DNA from: Xylanibacter ruminicola 23
Lineage (GTDB): Bacteria > Bacteroidota > Bacteroidia > Bacteroidales > Bacteroidaceae
NCBI RefSeq assembly: GCF_000025925.1
Contig: NC_014033.1
Location: 3,570,001-3,602,000, forward strand
Length of the DNA: 32,000 nucleotides
Direction of reading: 5' to 3'
Notes under the pieces: generated by a model
The model's database searches: none
Told to the model about the DNA's origin: nothing
The model's input: the letters and a program-made list of their open reading frames with translations, nothing else
Shown here: positions 30,974 to 32,000 of the stretch, piece by piece
Numbering within the stretch: position 1 is the stretch's first letter
Layout: every line of letters begins with the position of its first letter
Made by a program: the position numbers and the translations under genes

Positions 30974-32000
30974 TTATTTATTCATGAGTTCTGTAGCGAT
31001 ACGACGGGCTTCGGCATCGGTAGCGATGTAGGTGTCGTAGCTGGGGTTCTTATCGAAGGTTGCACGCTGCATGGTCTCGGCAATGATGTCGCCCATCTGC
31101 AGGAATCCGCACTTATCCTCCAGGAATCCACGGTTCACAATCTCGTTAGCAGCATTCACGATACATGGCATGTTACCGCCCTTGTCGATAGCTTCGAACG
31201 CCAAAGCTAAGCAACGGAACTTCTCCAAGTCGGGTTCGAAGAACTCCAGGTGCTGGGCCTTGAACAGGTCGAGGCGCTCGCCACTCAGGTGCAAACGCTG
31301 TGGGAACGAGAAGGCATACTGGATAGGCAGACGCATATCGGGTACACCCAGTTGGGCTTTTACACTACCATCCTGGAACTGAACGGCGCTGTGAACAATA
31401 CTCTGTGGGTGAACCAAAACCTGAATCTGCTTAGCGTCCACACCAAACAGCCACTTGGCCTCGATGACCTCGAAGCCCTTGTTCATCATCGAAGCTGAAT
31501 CGATGGTGATCTTAGCACCCATGTCCCATGTTGGATGGCGCAGGGCATCAGCCTTAGTTACGTGAGCAATCTCTTCCATCGACTTCAAGCGGAAAGGACC
31601 ACCAGATGCTGTGAGCAGAATCTTTTCGATGGGATTCTGATCCTCGCCAACCAAACTCTGGAAGATAGCTGAGTGCTCGCTGTCGACAGGCAGGATGGGG
31701 GTATGGTACTGCTGGGCCAGCTGCAGAATCAGCTCACCGGCAACTACCAGTGTCTCCTTATTTGCCAAGCAGATGGTCTTACCTGCCTTGATGGCATGGA
31801 TGGTGGGATTCAATCCCGAGAAACCTACCATCGCTGTGAGTACCATGTTGATGGGACCGGCTTCTACAATCTCGTTCAGTGCCTGGGCACCGGCATATAC
31901 TTTTACGTCGGGCATGTCGCTCATCAGGCTCTTCAGCTCGTCGTAACGTGCCTCGTTGGCAATCACGATGGCGGCGGGCTTGAACTTATGAGCTTGCTCG
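30974..32000 (-). CDS. dxr: 1-deoxy-D-xylulose-5-phosphate reductoisomerase (N-terminus beyond window edge)
   Basis: Contains LANKETLV, PVDSEHSAIFQ, LTASGGPFR, HPTWDMGAKITIDSASMMNKGFEVIEA and NAANE. The frame is open to position 32000. Confidence 0.9.
   Translation of the reverse strand, partial: EQAHKFKPAAIVIANEARYDELKSLMSDMPDVKVYAGAQALNEIVEAGPINMVLTAMVGFSGLNPTIHAIKAGKTICLANKETLVVAGELILQLAQQYHTPILPVDSEHSAIFQSLVGEDQNPIEKILLTASGGPFRLKSMEEIAHVTKADALRHPTWDMGAKITIDSASMMNKGFEVIEAKWLFGVDAKQIQVLVHPQSIVHSAVQFQDGSVKAQLGVPDMRLPIQYAFSFPQRLHLSGERLDLFKAQHLEFFEPDLEKFRCLALAFEAIDKGGNMPCIVNAANEIVNRGFLEDKCGFLQMGDIIAETMQRATFDKNPSYDTYIATDAEARRIATELMNK

Noticed and set aside
1-32000. Search for tRNA/rRNA genes, CRISPR arrays, IS elements, integrases and toxin-antitoxin or other defence modules
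   Set aside because: The largest non-coding gap is 148 bp (20616-20763). No spaced direct repeats, terminal inverted repeats or recombinase/transposase motifs were seen. By eye I cannot exclude small ncRNAs embedded in coding regions.

Overview
This is a tightly packed chromosomal window from a Bacteroidota genome, probably Prevotellaceae-like. An exact TAnnTTTG -7 promoter box precedes every transcription-unit start inside the window except that of the AEC transporter gene at 29537. There are no Shine-Dalgarno sequences, and the gene content includes DUF2029, DUF4292/TPR/EnvC and LtaS-like genes. I call 28 CDS, two of them truncated by the window edges. I could not recognise any tRNA, rRNA, CRISPR array, IS element, integrase or prophage gene.

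Left part (about 2.1-17.9 kb): an uninterrupted block of envelope glycolipid decoration genes with four components.
(i) A Gtr/Arn/Lgm-like lipid-carrier glycosylation set: GtrA-like protein, GT4, CE4 deacetylase, polyprenyl-phosphate GT2 and two paralogous GT87-like GT-C transferases.
(ii) A HisC/CobD-family PLP enzyme, a LicC-like nucleotidyltransferase, a GT2 and a LicD-family phosphotransferase, with no choline kinase or permease.
(iii) An LpxL-type late acyltransferase.
(iv) Two tandem LtaS-like phosphotransferases translationally coupled to an MsbA-type ABC exporter.

Right part: mostly housekeeping genes, namely miaB, dgt, dut, a TPR/DUF4292/EnvC-like operon, an M20 deacylase, TerC, a ComEC core, an AEC transporter, rseP and dxr.

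The features most worth a second look are:
- the CDP-(amino-alcohol?)-phosphate decoration module;
- two inverted arrays of 7-bp repeats bracketing the 5' end of the LicC-like gene;
- the CE4-containing GT-C glycosylation locus;
- 3'-end overlap at five of the six convergent gene junctions.

All functional calls rest on motif recognition by eye, with no database search.
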